55,332 bases of DNA, filler included, from Basidioascus undulatus (GCA_000826855.1; 3 parts of 3 records of this genome joined end to end with filler, not necessarily neighbours in it); one strand, 5' to 3'. Numbered from the whole stretch's first letter, positions 24,749 to 37,635 are shown. Notes: generated by a model not told the origin, from the letters alone. Numbers and translations: made by a program.

Positions 24749-26175
24749 ATGGCGAACGTCAGCTCAGCGTCGCGCGTCGTCTTCGGTTCGTCGCCTCTTT
24801 TTCTTCAGAGAGCTTGTCGTCCTGATGTGATGCGCCTGAAGTGGGGAACCTGCCGTACAATATCTCGGACGAAGAGGTCGTCCGCATCTTCTCCGAGGTC
24901 GGGCCCGTGAAGGAGTTCCGGCACGTTTCCTTACTTTAGTGGCAGCAGTGTAGCGTTGACGTTCTCGGCTTGGCACATCGTAGCCCAAACGTCGACAAGC
25001 AGACGGGCAGGCCCAAGGGTTATGGTTTTCTCGAATTCTACGGTTCGCTCGATATCCTACATCTCTTCCTTTCTTGCATTTCGCTTAATTGCGTACCTTT
25101 CAGACCATGAGACCGCCCTCTCCGCCGTCCGTAACCTGCACGACAACCCGGTCGGTGGTCGAGCGCTGAAGGGTACGTTTGGTGTTTCAACCAGCTATTG
25201 GCGGTTGCTTGTGCTGATGGGAAAGCGGATGACAGTCGACATCGCACCCGACGACCCCAAGCACAACCGGCAAAACCGGACGCGGGGCGGCGGCGGCGGC
25301 GGCGGTGAGGACATGTACCGTCGAAGCTCGGACGGTTTCGACTTGCCGATGCGCGATTCTGGCTGGGGCGCGCGTGCTCCGCCAGGCGGTGGACTGCCCG
25401 CGTTCGAGCACGTCAAGGGTGTGGAGCTGGCGCCTGGGAAGAACAGCTTGGACGCTATCAGCCATACTCTCGCGACGATGCCACCGGAGGACCTGATAAA
25501 TGTCATGAGCCAGATGCAGGCGCGTGTGCCGGAAAGCTTATACCAGCTGTCGAATGCGCTGACGATGTAGCCTTGCGAACTGACAGTCGCTCGTCGAGCA
25601 TGACTACACTCAGGTTCAAGCGCTTCTCAGGAACAACCCGCAGCTCGCCTACGCGCTCCTTCAAGGCATGCTTATGATGAACGTCGTCGACCCGGCGGCC
25701 CTTCAGGTGCGCATTCTTCGCCTCGCTGTGCGCTTGCGCTTGCCCATATGCTTGGAAGCTTCGCCCCTGAATCGCAACCCGCAGCGCGTTCTTCCCGCTC
25801 TTACACCCGCACCCGCACCCGCGTCCGTCCCACCACCTTCTCAACAGCAATACACCGTCCCGCATTCGCATCAACCCGCATACCCAAGCCATGCGCCCGC
25901 GCCGCCTACGCCCGCATACGGCACTGATCCGAACGATTCCGACAGCTCGCTCGCCGCGAAGGTGGCGCGCCTGCCGCCGGACCAGCAGCAGATGGTCCTC
26001 CAAGTCTTTGCGTTCACCGCGGACCAGATCGCGGGTTTTCCGCCCGACCAGCAAGCGAGCATTGCGGCTTTGGTACGTCTGGCGTGTGTATCACATCCCC
26101 CTGCATCATCGCTGATCGTTACTTTTTTCTGTATCGCCCCTTCTCTTACAGAAGCAGCAGTTTGGAAAGGCGTGA
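24749..26175 (+). CDS. RNA15: Cleavage stimulation factor 64 kDa subunit / Rna15 (RRM + hinge + C-terminal domain)
   Basis: RVVF|VGNLPY (RNP2), TGRPKGYGFLEF (RNP1), DHETALSAVRNL, hinge DAISHTLATMPP..LLRNNPQLAYALLQGMLMMNVVD, C-terminal QVFAFTADQIAGFPPDQQASI. Confidence 0.9.
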
Positions 26176-26569
26176 AACGAGGAGGCTCTGTGGCCGGGGG
26201 CGACGAATGTCGATACCCGTTATCTTGCACACAGTGTCCAAGGAATTTTTCTTCATTCGTTGCCTGTCTGTGTTCTTGGGAAATGGTTTGTAGTCTTGAG
26301 AATTCCTGCAGCCCTGCATCCGATTTCGCGGACAAAGTTCGAATTCTCGCCTGACGATGCAAAGACTGCATTGCAGAGCCTGCACTGGCTTTCCAGCGAA
26401 TAACAAAAATCTTTCTACTTTAAAAGGAGTACAGCTATTCACGTTCAAAATCAGGCTTATCTTCCGAGCCGACCTCAACGGTGAAAAGACCGAGCGTTGA
26501 AACACTCTCGAAATGAACTCCACTGTCACTCAATCAATACGAAGTTCAAGAAGTACGACTGAAGGTACA

Positions 26570-28429
26570 TCAAATAACCACCTTGCAGCTCGGGCAAAGG
26601 ACGGTCCCCACCCCAACAAGCGGCTTCGTCTTCAAACTGCGCGCCCAGCCCTTGTCGAGATCAAGTACAGTCTCGGCGGCGGAAATCCTGAGACGTTCCC
26701 CCAGCACCTCTTGCCGCGATGGATAGGGCTCCGTGCGAGCTTGACGACAGCACTAGGAAGGCGGGCGTATGCACTGAGAGGCTGCGGGGAGGTATCGGGC
26801 TCGACGAGGAGTGAGTCGATGCCGGCGAGCTCGTGGGCGTACTTGTCTGTCGACTTTGGCGCTCTCGAGTAACGCTTTTCGCGCTTAACGAGGCCGATCG
26901 TGTGCCACTGAAAAAGTGTCGGATGATTGTAGATATGGAAAACCAAGCTGCGGGAGAGCTCACCTTCTTGCAACGTGCGCAGTAAGCCTGGATGGTCTCT
27001 GGGGACGGTAAAACGCGGAGTGGAAGTCTGTGGGAGATGGCCGCTGCAAATGATGAACTTGCCATTATCGAACGCGTAGAGGAATGTGTTCAAATTGGAA
27101 AGCGTGCCAGTAACCAATGCTCGTCTTCCTGTCCCGGACGACCTTTTTTGACCTTGACCTCTCTTCTGACTGGCTCCGCGTGAGTGCAAGTTCCAGGTGA
27201 CCCTGAATACCCATGGCTTACTTGCCTTTGAAAGTACTCTTCTTTCTTCAGCGGTATGAGCGGCTCTTGCTCCTCGCTTGCTTCGGCGAAGTACTCGACG
27301 AAGGCAGGACCTGCAGTAAAAGGTGTGAAGATCAGCTCATCGAACGGAGAATAGGGACGGAACGCAACAATTCAACCCGTGAACGGAATAATGTCCTCCG
27401 CATCAGAGGAAGTCGTCCTGAGTCAAGTGGTTGGTGAATTCTAATCCTCTCAGCCTTTTAATAAACTCAAAATATACTTACCTCGGGCGAAACGTTCTCT
27501 CCTTTACGCGGCTTGCTCCTGATCGCAACGACGCGGGCAACCAACTTGTCCTCCTCGCGTGCGCTCACGCACCCGGCCTCGAAACGAGCGCCCTGCCATC
27601 AGGGAAAGGCGAAGAGCCGCTTGTCATTGGCGTACCTTAAGGTCATCTGGCCAAACGTATCTGTCACGAAAACAGTTTCTCAGCTCGGGTCCGCCGGACA
27701 GTGAGCTTTGCAACGCTCCGCCTACACTGCATCGCCCTGGAAGATCTTGATCATATAGCCATGCTGGGGCTCTGGAAACAGCCTCAGCATTCCGAGCATT
27801 AGCGATGGGAAATATTCGAGGTTATCATTCACTTTGAATGCCGCCATGTTGCTCGAGCGCCTCGAACTGCCGCATCGTCGGAAGACGCAAAGACTCGTTC
27901 GACGACGAGGCGGACATCGGGCCTGTCCTCAGGAGTCTCCGAACTTCTCGGATCCTGTAAATCCCCTCCAGCCAGTAGCCATGGGTGTGTTATTTACTAA
28001 GAAAGTGCGAAAAGAAGGGGCGTACCTCCTCCAACCCAGCCGCCTCCGCAATCGCAGCGTCGACTTCCTCACCGTCCTCCGACTCTTCGTCCGAGCCCTC
28101 CGGCCATAATGCCTAATCCATGTCAACGCTGCTGCTCGAGAGCATGCCCTAGTACTGGTCCCCCTCAGGCCCCGCCGACCCGTCCTGCTCCTCCGCCTTC
28201 ACCGCACGCCCGGCAACGTCTGCGAGCGCGCGTCCTGTCGGGCCCAAGTGGGTCCATGTCCTCATCTGATGCACCTTCATCTTCCTTGACCGGCGTAGCT
28301 GCAGCCCCGATGGAGCTCGGGTTGGAGGTGGCCGGCCGATCGAACGAGGTCGACCCGAACGCCTGGCGGGCCGCGCGCAGCGCCTTTCTTCTTGCGGACG
28401 ACGCCTTTCGAGCGATGAGGACCAGACAT
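26570..28429 (-). pseudogene. Putative BAH + PHD-like chromatin reader (EBS/SHL, EPR-1/BP1-like), multi-exon with frameshifts
   Basis: Spliced segments LVARVVAIRS, SDAEDIIPFT, PAFVEYFAE..EEYFQR|VTWN are BAH-like. Then IQAYCARCKK|WH (PHD-like), LARSPIHRG..GN and terminal CPSCKVVI*. Several frame changes are needed. Confidence 0.45.
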
Positions 28430-28659
28430 GAGTGTGGTAACAAAGCTTCAATCGAGCAAGATGTGAATTTAGTGGGTCAGTCAAAGATAGTGGTAAGCGA
28501 TGAAGCGCCCGCCAGCCGAGCATTGTTTTGATAGACTGCGACGGCACGTGAGAGCCGCTGATTGCTGCCGTTTACTCGCTTCCCACAGCTTCCTGGCTAG
28601 CAAATCTCGAAAGCGCAGACAGCATGGAAAAGGAGTGGTAGGGGCAATTCCATTATCAT

Positions 28660-30524
28660 CTACTGCACGACGCCCAAGCCGTACGAGCGGAGCCTCTGGC
28701 GGACATTGCCGATCCCGTCCAGCTTCCCCTGCACGACGACCGTAGGCTCCCCGCTTCCCTCCCCGGCGTTCAAGTCTCCCTTCCGCGGGCGGAGCACGCG
28801 CTGCGCAACGCGCCTAATCCCGTCAACGTTGATCTCGTCGATCCGTCGCGCCATCTCGTCGACGGGGACCTTCCGCCCGTGGACCTGGACCTGCCGCCCG
28901 AGATCCTCGACCTCGACGAGCCGGCTCTCGAGCGCCATGACGAGGGAACTCTTGAGCTGGTTCTTGGCGCGCGAGAGCTCGACCGGATTCACCCCGCCCA
29001 GGTGCGGCGGCTGCGTGAGCAAGTGCAGCTCGCGCGCGAGGATGTCGGAAATCCGCCTATTGTAGGAGGGGTGCACGGCTGCGGAGAGCCCGAAGAGACC
29101 GGAGTCCGCGTAGCAATGATGGAAGGACGCGCAGAAGTCGATCGAGTGGTGCAGGTTTAGCACGTGCGTGTACAGGCGAGAGTACATCCCCTTGCCGGGT
29201 CCGCCTGGAAAAAAAGCAAGTTAGCGTGCTGTTGAGTAGGAAGAACGATGAGGGGAAGCCTTACCAGCAGAGAAGCTGCCTCCGCCGCCGAGGAGCATCT
29301 GGAGCGTCGCGAGCGCGTAGACGTCATCGTCGTGGATGCCGAGGCCTTCGAAGCCGATGTAGACGTGCGTGAAGTCCATCTCGGGCTTGTCGAGGTACAG
29401 CTCGCCGCCGGTGTACCGCGCGCGCGCGGCCGCGAGCTCCTCGAACGTCTCGAGGGACCGAGACGGCGCGGGCGGAGGCGGAGAGCCGGCAGAGGGGTGG
29501 AGGAGGGAGGAGGCGGCGGTCGTCAGGGACTTGTAGAGGGAGGACTTAGGGGGCGGCGACGAGGGAGGGAGGAGGTGAGGAGGGATGTTGGAGGCACAAG
29601 GGGAGGTCGAGCAGGCTTGTTTGGAGGCTGCAAGGAGTTCGGAGGGGGAGAAGGTGGGCTCAGACGCGCGCATCTGGCCGAAGAGCTTTTCCGTCAACTC
29701 GACGAGCTCCTCGTGCGGCATGCCCGCGCCGGCGACGACGATGCGCTCGGGGCGGTACCACGTGCGCATGTAGTCGCGCACGACGTGCTCGTCGATATCC
29801 CCGAGGCGCTCGATCGGGCACAGGAGCGGGTTGCCGAGCGTGTTGCCCTGGAACGCGACGTGGTGCAGCAGCTCGGGCAGGATCATCTCGGGCTTGCCCC
29901 AGATCTCGCTGATCTCGTACTCGGCCGCCTCGCGCTGCGTGTCGATCTCCTCCGGCGCGAGGGACGGGTTGAGGATTGTGTCGGACAGGAGGGAGAGCGC
30001 CGCGGGGAGGTCTTGCGAAAAGATGGAGGACTGGTACATGATCGTCTCGCGCGAGGACGAGCACATGATGTTGCCCCCGAGCGCGGAGATGGCGGTCGTC
30101 ATGTCGGCATCAGTCCGGTTGGTGGTGGACTGTGATAGACAACCCTCGTAAGGCCAAGTGCTCCAGCCCATTCCAATCTCCCAAGCGGACACTGCGCACC
30201 TTGAATGCCAAGCGATCCACCAGATGGCTCACTCCGCTGAACAGCGGGCTCTCATATCGGCTACCCGCGTCAACGTAGACACCCACGGCATTGAAGTGCC
30301 CCGGAGAGTCTTCCGTCGCGACGCGGACCTTGTTAGGGAGCGTGGTGATGCGAGTAGATGAAGGCTGTGGGACGGCACAAGGCTAAGCTGCCATGCGAAG
30401 CCGGCCGGCAAGTCGAACAGCTCACCGCAAGGTCTACCGGAGTGCTGTAGGCTCTCCGTGCAATGGAGGAGCGCAGTGCCCGGGTCGCGGAGGGCGCTAC
30501 GCGAGGGAGACCGAGCCGGGACAT
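28660..30524 (-). CDS. MAS2: Mitochondrial processing peptidase alpha subunit (M16B)
   Basis: Presequence, [51 protein letters not shown], glycine loop [49 protein letters not shown]. No frameshift seen. Confidence 0.96.
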
Positions 30525-30971
30525 GGAGGAGAAGAGTGGCGAGGAGAGAAGACGCAGGGGAAGGCGGCAGTCGTAGGGACTCGAGCGACCGCTGTTACTC
30601 GAAGGCAAGCTTCGATTTGACGCTAATCTAAAGCGCTTTTCACGTTCGAACGCTCGAACAGCGTTGATGCGTTTGGGGACGGAAAGGAGGAGACGAGCGA
30701 GACGATGAGGGTAAGAAACGAGGGCCGACACCGACACTCAACTTGGGGAGAGAAGCCGCTTGGCAGCGCTGACATAACCTCGCACTTGTCGAGTTTCGCC
30801 AGCTTTGTCTTGATTATGTGTGCAGATGAGGGTGCCATTAAAGTTTCTCCATGAATTATATGCTTCTGACTATCAGTGGGAACCGATCTGTTACTCCAGG
30901 ACCCGACAATGCCTGTTCGGGCTTTTGAAATTGTACAATAAAAGTTTTACAACACTTTCCTTGAATATCTG

Positions 30972-31060
30972 TCTCTGGTGGCGCAATTGGTTAGCGCGTC
31001 CGACTGTTACTATTACCGATAGTCATCGGGAGGTTGAGAGTTCGAGTCTCTCCTGGAGAG
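30972..31060 (+). tRNA. tRNA-Asn(GTT) with 15-nt intron (31000-31014)
   Basis: Acceptor TCTCTGG/CTGGAGA, D arm GCGC..GCGC, anticodon stem TCCGA..TCGGG with GTT at 30996-30998, intron after position 37, T arm GAGAG-TTCGAGT-CTCTC. TTTTT terminator follows. Confidence 0.93.
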
Positions 31061-31646
31061 TTAACTTTTTGTTGTTGGAAGCTAACGCCCTCTTTTTGCA
31101 GAACAATCAAAGTCGCCTGGATTTTTTTCTTCCACTCGGCAGTCGACGCGTCAAGACATCGCTACTTCACCTTCATATCCAGAGCCGCGTCAGCGAGATG
31201 GTCGGATGGTCACGAAGTATGCTGACTGTGTGCAATGTGCAATCTGTACACGCAAACACGCAAACACGCTTACAACAGGTGCTTGGCTGTCGTTGTACTC
31301 GACGGATGGGCACTGAAGTTTAGACTGCAAGAATAAACTAATTGGACTCTGACGGGACCCGGAGAATCCGGCAATGAAAGCCCCATTATTGATGCTGTAA
31401 AGGCAAACAAAGTGGACTTCATCGCGAACGTCCCGCCTATCAGACTGGGTTCAGCACACCAAAGGGCACCCAGTCCCTTCCCAGAACTGTGGGCACGGCA
31501 CTTCTATCGGCATCGACGGCGGTGGGCCAGTCGGCGGAACCGGGCGGTAAACTGCTTCCAATTTCGAATGCTCGGCCAGGAGTCAACTGACACGCCTGCC
31601 ATGCACCGAGAGAAAGACCTTCCCCCGATATCCCATAGACCTCGTA

Positions 31647-32053
31647 CTAGACTCCGGGCAGGGGCGTAGTTGTGAGCCCCGGTAGGGGTGGGGCATAAAT
31701 TCCAGGGGCTGCCCCTTCCCCGAAGAGCCCATAGGGCAGGGGCGCGGTAGTGGGCTCCGGTGGGGGTGGGGCATAAATGCCAGGGCCTCCGCGGGGGAGT
31801 ACTGGGCTGACTGAGCCGGTGGTGCATACGCCGGGGACTGCGTTGAACGAACGATGGTCAGTACAGGCCTTCGGGTCCGAAAGTGTGGATACGCACTGAA
31901 GGGCAGAGCCTGCGGCACCGGCGCGCCCTGGGCCGCCGGCGTGCTCCCGAGGAACATGCCGAAGATCAGTGCCGAAGAAGCAGCCTGCGCGCATATGACC
32001 ATCATGAAATGAGCAACGACCAGCTCGGGTATGGAAACCTCCAAGCCGCGCAT
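31647..32053 (-). CDS. Small secreted proline-rich protein (~97 aa) with two internal repeats
   Basis: Exons 32053-32039, 31984-31897 and 31837-31647 give MRGLE|AASSALIFGMFLGSTPAAQG-APVPQALPF|IPGVCTT..PGIYAPPPPEPTTAPLP..PGIYAPPLPGLTTTPLPGV*. A 78-bp-period DNA duplication lies at about 31657-31785. Confidence 0.6.
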
Positions 32054-33762
32054 CAACACCTGTTCTGTTCTGGAGCCAGCCCTTAACCGCTTTTCCATAG
32101 GTTGTTCCCTAGCGCGTAAATCGAGGTGGATGACGAGGATGTGGGCTGCGACACTCCGGCACGCCGACATTAAACGCGTGCGCTGCCTCTTCGTGTATAA
32201 CTGAGGGGTACCTGACCGTCCAGAGGCGAAAGAGGTTGAGCAAGGACTGCCTAGCGAGCCTGTATGGTACGAGCGACTCGGCATTATCCGGGCCCGTGAT
32301 CGAGGCATGCTGCCTTATACAAGATCTTACACCGGCAATCTTAAAAGAAGACGACGTGTACGCCGTTCTTCTCGCCATCCTTCTTTACAACTTACCGCCG
32401 CTGACACTTCTCAAAACACCTTTACAGTCTCTCCCATTTAGTTGAGGAGACATTTGGTATCAGAACATTGTCTCAATACCGACAAACATGCAAGTCAACA
32501 CCATGTTTGTGACACCGGATCACAATCACCACCTTACCGACTGGGAGAGACAAGGAGCAGGCCACCTCTTGTTTCTCCCTCGCGTGCTTACTCCTCTTCG
32601 TGAGGGGCGAGCATGACGAGGGAGAACGCGCGGTGGTCTTGAGTTTCTCGGGACGAAAGGAATTTGAACTTTGGCGAGACGCAAGGTAGTCTGCTACGCT
32701 CAATGATTGCTTGACGAGATCTTCACCGGAAGCTACAGATGCTCTTCCGCCGTTGCGAGACAGACAACAACGACGCGTAGAGTTCAACGAACGTCGGTGG
32801 CCGTTGAGGGTGTTGGGTCGAGAGGGAAGATTTGAGGTTCGGATCGAAGGTCCTAGTGTCGTACCCTTGGCAGTAACTCATGCCTTCTGGAAAACGCTCC
32901 ACTCTGTCCGGTAGGGGTGCTGGTGGCCAGGAAGCGTGGAAAACGCAAGAGTGACCCGGTTGCTGCTGCTCTAAAAGCCCAACGACGATGCGTGAGAAAG
33001 ATCGCCACAATTCTTTATTGTCAAGCAAGAGGTTGACGTACCATTTGTTTCCCTTGCATTTCCTGAATGCGTGCGTGGTCCTCTTATCCTGCCTCCGCAA
33101 GGCGCACGTTAGAGGCATTCAAGTGCTGAGAGCGAGACTGCTCACATCGTCTTTCAAGGGTGTCTTGCGTTGGGTTGGGCTGTGGCCAAGTCCACGTAAA
33201 CATGTCGTAGGACAACGTATTTGTTGCAAACCGTCGTGCCCTCCGGCCATCCAGAACCCTGCGATCCAACCGTGGCTTCAGAGTCTGTTGTACACAGCAC
33301 TCGACTTAGAAAGGAAGCCCACCTCGAGGCGTACTCCGGTGCAATCGAGCACATCGAAGGCGCGGGTGTTACTGTTGGCCCCACGGCTGACAGATAGGCG
33401 TCTGGGACACCTATGAGTCGGAACATGTCTTTGACCAGTCATCGCCGGTTGCGGACAAGCCTGAGCGCGCGCCCCTGACCTGCTAACAACCGGCCCCTCT
33501 TCCATCGAAGCATCGGTCGGTTGAGAAAGTGGTAGGTATATTTTACAGCATGTTCTGAGCAAAGAAGGTGGTGCGCGAGCCGCAGCATCTCGATGTTTGG
33601 AAGGCTTAAGGAAGCCGCATCAAAGCGTAGTCCCTCGTGCCATGCAGTGGTTCCCATGGTACACGTGTCGCGCTAATACAGGTATGACAAATGACAGAAA
33701 GCGGGTAGAGAAGGGGGGAGGGCAGGGGGAGGCCGACGTCCCGCCCCGACTCTGGATCACCA

Positions 33763-35470
33763 CTAGTGCGCGTCCGGGTCGTCCGGGTCGTCCGGGTCGT
33801 CCGGGTCGTCGTCGTCCGGCACGACGCTGAGCGCGCTGGCGGGATCCGTCCGCCACCAGTCGAACGGGCCTGACACGCCGAGCTCCTCATGCCCCACTGC
33901 TGTGCTCATCAGCCTTCCCCTTCCCGCCCGAAGCGCATCCGAACAACCGACTCACCGCCCGTCCAAACCCCGAGCACCCCCGTCCTAGCAACCTCCACCG
34001 CAATCAACTCCCACTGGTCGGCCGGCATACCCAATGACAAAGCTCCACTTCGTCGCCCTATCCCTCTCGAGCCAGGTGGCGACCCCCCGGATCTGGGCGC
34101 TCCCGTCCCCACCGGGCGCGGAGCCGGAGCCGGTGAAAGGGATGGGGGCGTAGCGGGGGCGCGTGGGCGGGAGCGGGATGGACGGGCGGAGCGTCCACGT
34201 CATGAGGGAGCCGCGGCTTCATGGTACGTTGTTAGGTCTGGGGGAGGGAGCAAGGAGAATGTGGGGTGGTTGTAGGTCTGCGGGGGAGGGGAAGGGAGAG
34301 GCGGCGGGAGGGAGGGAGGGAGACGGACGACATAATCCTGTGTTGGGTTGCACTGTCAGTTTTCCTTTCGCTTGAAAGCAGAAGCATGTGCAAGGAGAAA
34401 AACTCGACACGCACCCGATAATCTATAAACGCATACGACCCGACCAGCGTAGTTTCCACGCCTGCCCAGTCGCCCAACCCCTCCTCCCCCGGGCGCGCCG
34501 AGCCCGCGGCGCCTCACCTCGGGCGCGCATGGTCCATCCCCTGGGGGAGGAACCCCTCGAGGAGGTCCGCCCCCTCCCCCTCGCCGCACCTCGCCCATCT
34601 CCACCAGGTCGCACACGTTGCACTTCATCACGCACGCGAGCGCCGCGAGCGTCTCCCAGTCCACGCGGAGCTCGCCCTCCCGCTCCTCCCCGTGAAACAG
34701 CTCCCCAAATGAAGGCGGATGAGGATGTGAGGGGGAGGCAGGGGGAGAAGGTGGGGAGGCAACCCGGAAAGGCCCCCAGTCGTTCTGCGCCGTGTAGTTA
34801 CTAGCAGTGTACACGCGCTGCCTGGCGTCCGCGGGGGGTTGGACGGCGAGGGGGAGGGGACGAGTTCGCGCGGGTAGGGCCGCGGAGGATGTGAGCGTGC
34901 GCTGCGAGGGCACGGGGAGCCCCGCGGGGAGGGACGAGAGCGGGGGGGGGTCGTGCGTGCGCGGGTGGACGGGTTGGAGGGCGAGGAGGGCGAGAGGAGG
35001 TGGAAGTAGAAGTCGGTGGGGAAGTAGTAGGAAGAGGAAGAGGAGGAGGGCGAGAGGGGGGGAGGACGGTTGAGGAAGACGAGGAGAGCCGAGGGAAGGA
35101 GCGCGAGGGATGGGAGAACGATGCCGCGGTCGAAGTGCACGAGATGAACGTCTTGAGAGTTATGTTGAAGGTAGCAGGTAGCTGCGCCCACCTCCCAACA
35201 ATCAGCATCTCCTCCACTCCCACACCTTCCCTCCCACAGCCGGACGCACCCGCTCCTCCTGCCCCACCCTCGGACACGCAACGAGCCTCTCCATCCTGCT
35301 CCTTCCCAAGACCTCCTCGCGCCAGTCCCACGCCGGCGGGCGGAGCGGGCAATCCCAATCGGCGAGGAAGAGCGCCTTCCAGAGGATGTCGTTTGAGTCG
35401 TGCACGAACGCGTGTGTGATGCGCGGGAGGTGCTCGCGGAGAGGACGAGCGAGGGCGGACCACCCCCCAC
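33763..35470 (-). pseudogene. Fungal-specific F-box-associated family protein, frameshifted; start not determined
   Basis: ILWKALFLADWD, ARQRVYTASNY..WGPF, VDWETLAAL, DWAGVE..YAFIDYR, KWSFVIGYAG / DQW (frameshift ~34020), GVLGVWT, GPFDWW. Ends in a DDP repeat. Confidence 0.6.
33771..33819. repeat. 9-bp tandem repeat (CGTCCGGGT)x4 encoding the acidic DDP tail on the minus strand
   Basis: Seen directly; reads PDDDDPDDPDDPDDPDAH* on the minus strand. Confidence 0.9.
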
Positions 35471-36876
35471 AGATCACTCACTGTCGATCTCCTTGGTCCT
35501 GGTCCCCCGCCGAAAGCATCATTCTGGCTATCCCACGCTCCGGCGACAACTATGTACAGTGTGAGAAATGAGTGGTTGCGGATCAAGTTGCTCCATAACG
35601 CCGTGTCCGTCGCTCGAGCTCACTGCAACAAACCCCTCGAGGATGGCACAAACAAGCGCCGGGGTGGAGGTCTGACAGCGGTTTGCAACGGAGGCGGATC
35701 AATCTGGTTCAGCTCCTCAACGCTCGACTTGAGCCGAACATGGGTCCCTCCTGCATCTTCTTTGGTGCTACCAAGATAAATAGATGCACATAAGCGATCA
35801 AAAGAATTACTGTGTGGTACTTGGTCTTGAAACTCTTGAAAGTAGTAGAAATGCAGCACGGCGGATCGGCTTGCGGCTAGTAGACTGCGAGCAGTTTTGG
35901 TTCGCAGTGTGCACCTCAACTGAGTTTTGTGGTCATGGCCGTGATATCCATATAGAGAATTCTGATGGCAGCGCAGGTCAGGGAGCAACCTTTTGCGCTG
36001 CCATACATGTGAGGATAGGTAACCCCCCTGCAGTTTGAAACAGCCTCGGGCACTCTTTCTCCGTAGTGCGGCACCCGCTCGCTCGCTTTAAGTCGTGCAG
36101 TGACTGACTGAGATAGCGAACTTGTCGAGTAATGTGATATAATGGTATCCAAGTATCGCCAGCTTATCAACCTATTTGTTCGCGCCCGCCTTGGGCGATG
36201 CCGACCCCTCCAGCCGAATCCCCACCTTCTCCGCAAGTTCCCTGACCTGTTTTCCCATCACCGCCGCGCCCAATCCACATCAAATCAGCCCCAATCCACC
36301 CTGCTCGTCCTCACCGCGGACAGAAACGCACCGGTGTGTGGTCCCCGGTATTCTGCATCCGGTGCGCAAACACGCAGCGGGGCTGCTCGTCCTCTCCTGC
36401 TCCCCCCAGCCCACTCCAGTCAGCCTCCTCCCTTCCGCACCATGTTCCCAAAGGCGCGGCGTACCAAGTTCAAACACAAACTCCCCGCCCAATTGGGAGA
36501 TTGGTCCCTGCTTTCCTACATGGCTTAAGTGCCTCAGGGGGCCCTCCTATTCCCCCATCCCCCCATCCCCACTCCCCCACATCAGCATCCTCTCATCCCC
36601 TATTTTCGCCTTCTCTGTAGAAATGCACCTTGATACTCTGCCAAACATTTCCCAACAAACCCTTCCCGACGTACTCCGGCTTCTCGGGCGGGCCGGCTAG
36701 GGTGCGCCGCGTGAGACCCAGGGCGGTGTACAGTGCGAGGGAAGGGTCGGAGAAGATGGGGTGTGGGGAGGCGGTGTTCTCTATGCCGGAGAAGGTGGGC
36801 GGTTGACGAGCGGGGGGGAAGAACGTGCGGGGGAAGAAAAGAGGACGTTGGCGAGCTGGCTTTCATATGAAGCTCA

Positions 36877-36976
36877 NNNNNNNNNNNNNNNNNNNNNNNN
36901 NNNNNNNNNNNNNNNNNNNNTTAATTAATTAANNNNNNNNNNNNNNNNNNNNNNNNNNNNNNNNNNNNNNNNNNNN
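36877..36976. other. Artificial contig spacer (44 N + TTAATTAATTAA + 44 N)
   Basis: Same structure as the spacer at 18409-18508. Confidence 0.98.
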
Positions 36977-37635
36977 ACTCTCCTCTACCCCGCACTCCCC
37001 TGCCCCCTCCACCTTCTCTCTCCCTCCCTCCTCCTCCTCCTCCGGCGCGCAATGCATCCCCCCCTCCGCCCCGCCACCCCAGCGCCCGCCCTCCCGCCTC
37101 CTCGCGTCGTACCACCTCACGCTGCACATCCTGCGCACGGAAGGCGTGCGTGGGATGTACCGCGGCTTGAGTGCCAGTTACTTGGGCGTCGCGGAGGGGA
37201 CGATCCAGTGGGTGCTTTATGAGCGGCTGAAAAGGGTTGCGAGGGAGACGGGCTTCGAGTGGGCGGGGACGATTGGGGCCGCGGGGTGCGCGAAGACGGT
37301 TGCGAGCTTGCTGACCTATCCTCACGAGGTGAGTCCCTCCTGCTCCCCCTTTCATCTTCCTCTCCCACCCTTCCTCCTCCCCTTCCTCCCCTCTCCTCGA
37401 TCCTGACTCACGGACCTTGGCAACCCAGGTCCTCCGCACCCGCCTCCGCCAGCTCCCCCCTCCCGGCCAAGCGCCCAAGTACACGGGCCTTCTCCAAACG
37501 CTCAAGATCGTCCTCGCCGAAGAGGGCGCACCCGCGCTGTATGGTGGTCTCTCCGCACACCTCATGCGGGTCGTCCCCAACGCCGCGGCGATGTTCTTCA
37601 TCTATGAGCTTATTACGCGGCCGTCAGCGCCTTGA
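36977..37635 (+). CDS. RIM2: Mitochondrial carrier, Rim2/SLC25A33-36-like pyrimidine nucleotide carrier; 5' part lost in the gap
   Basis: EGVRGMYRGLSASYLGVAEGTIQWVLYERLK, AKTVASLLTYPHE|VLRTRLRQ, KYTGLLQT..EEG..LYGGLSAHLMRVVPNAAAMFFIYE. Confidence 0.88.

Noticed and set aside
29248..30135. 295-aa plus-strand ORF and similar long ORFs (e.g. 20824-21717, 46589-47347)
   Set aside because: Antisense shadows of GC3-rich real genes (MAS2, PAO, HpcH) with no independent motifs.
32300..33650. Short ORFs such as 32723-33118
   Set aside because: No recognisable domain or consistent splice model.
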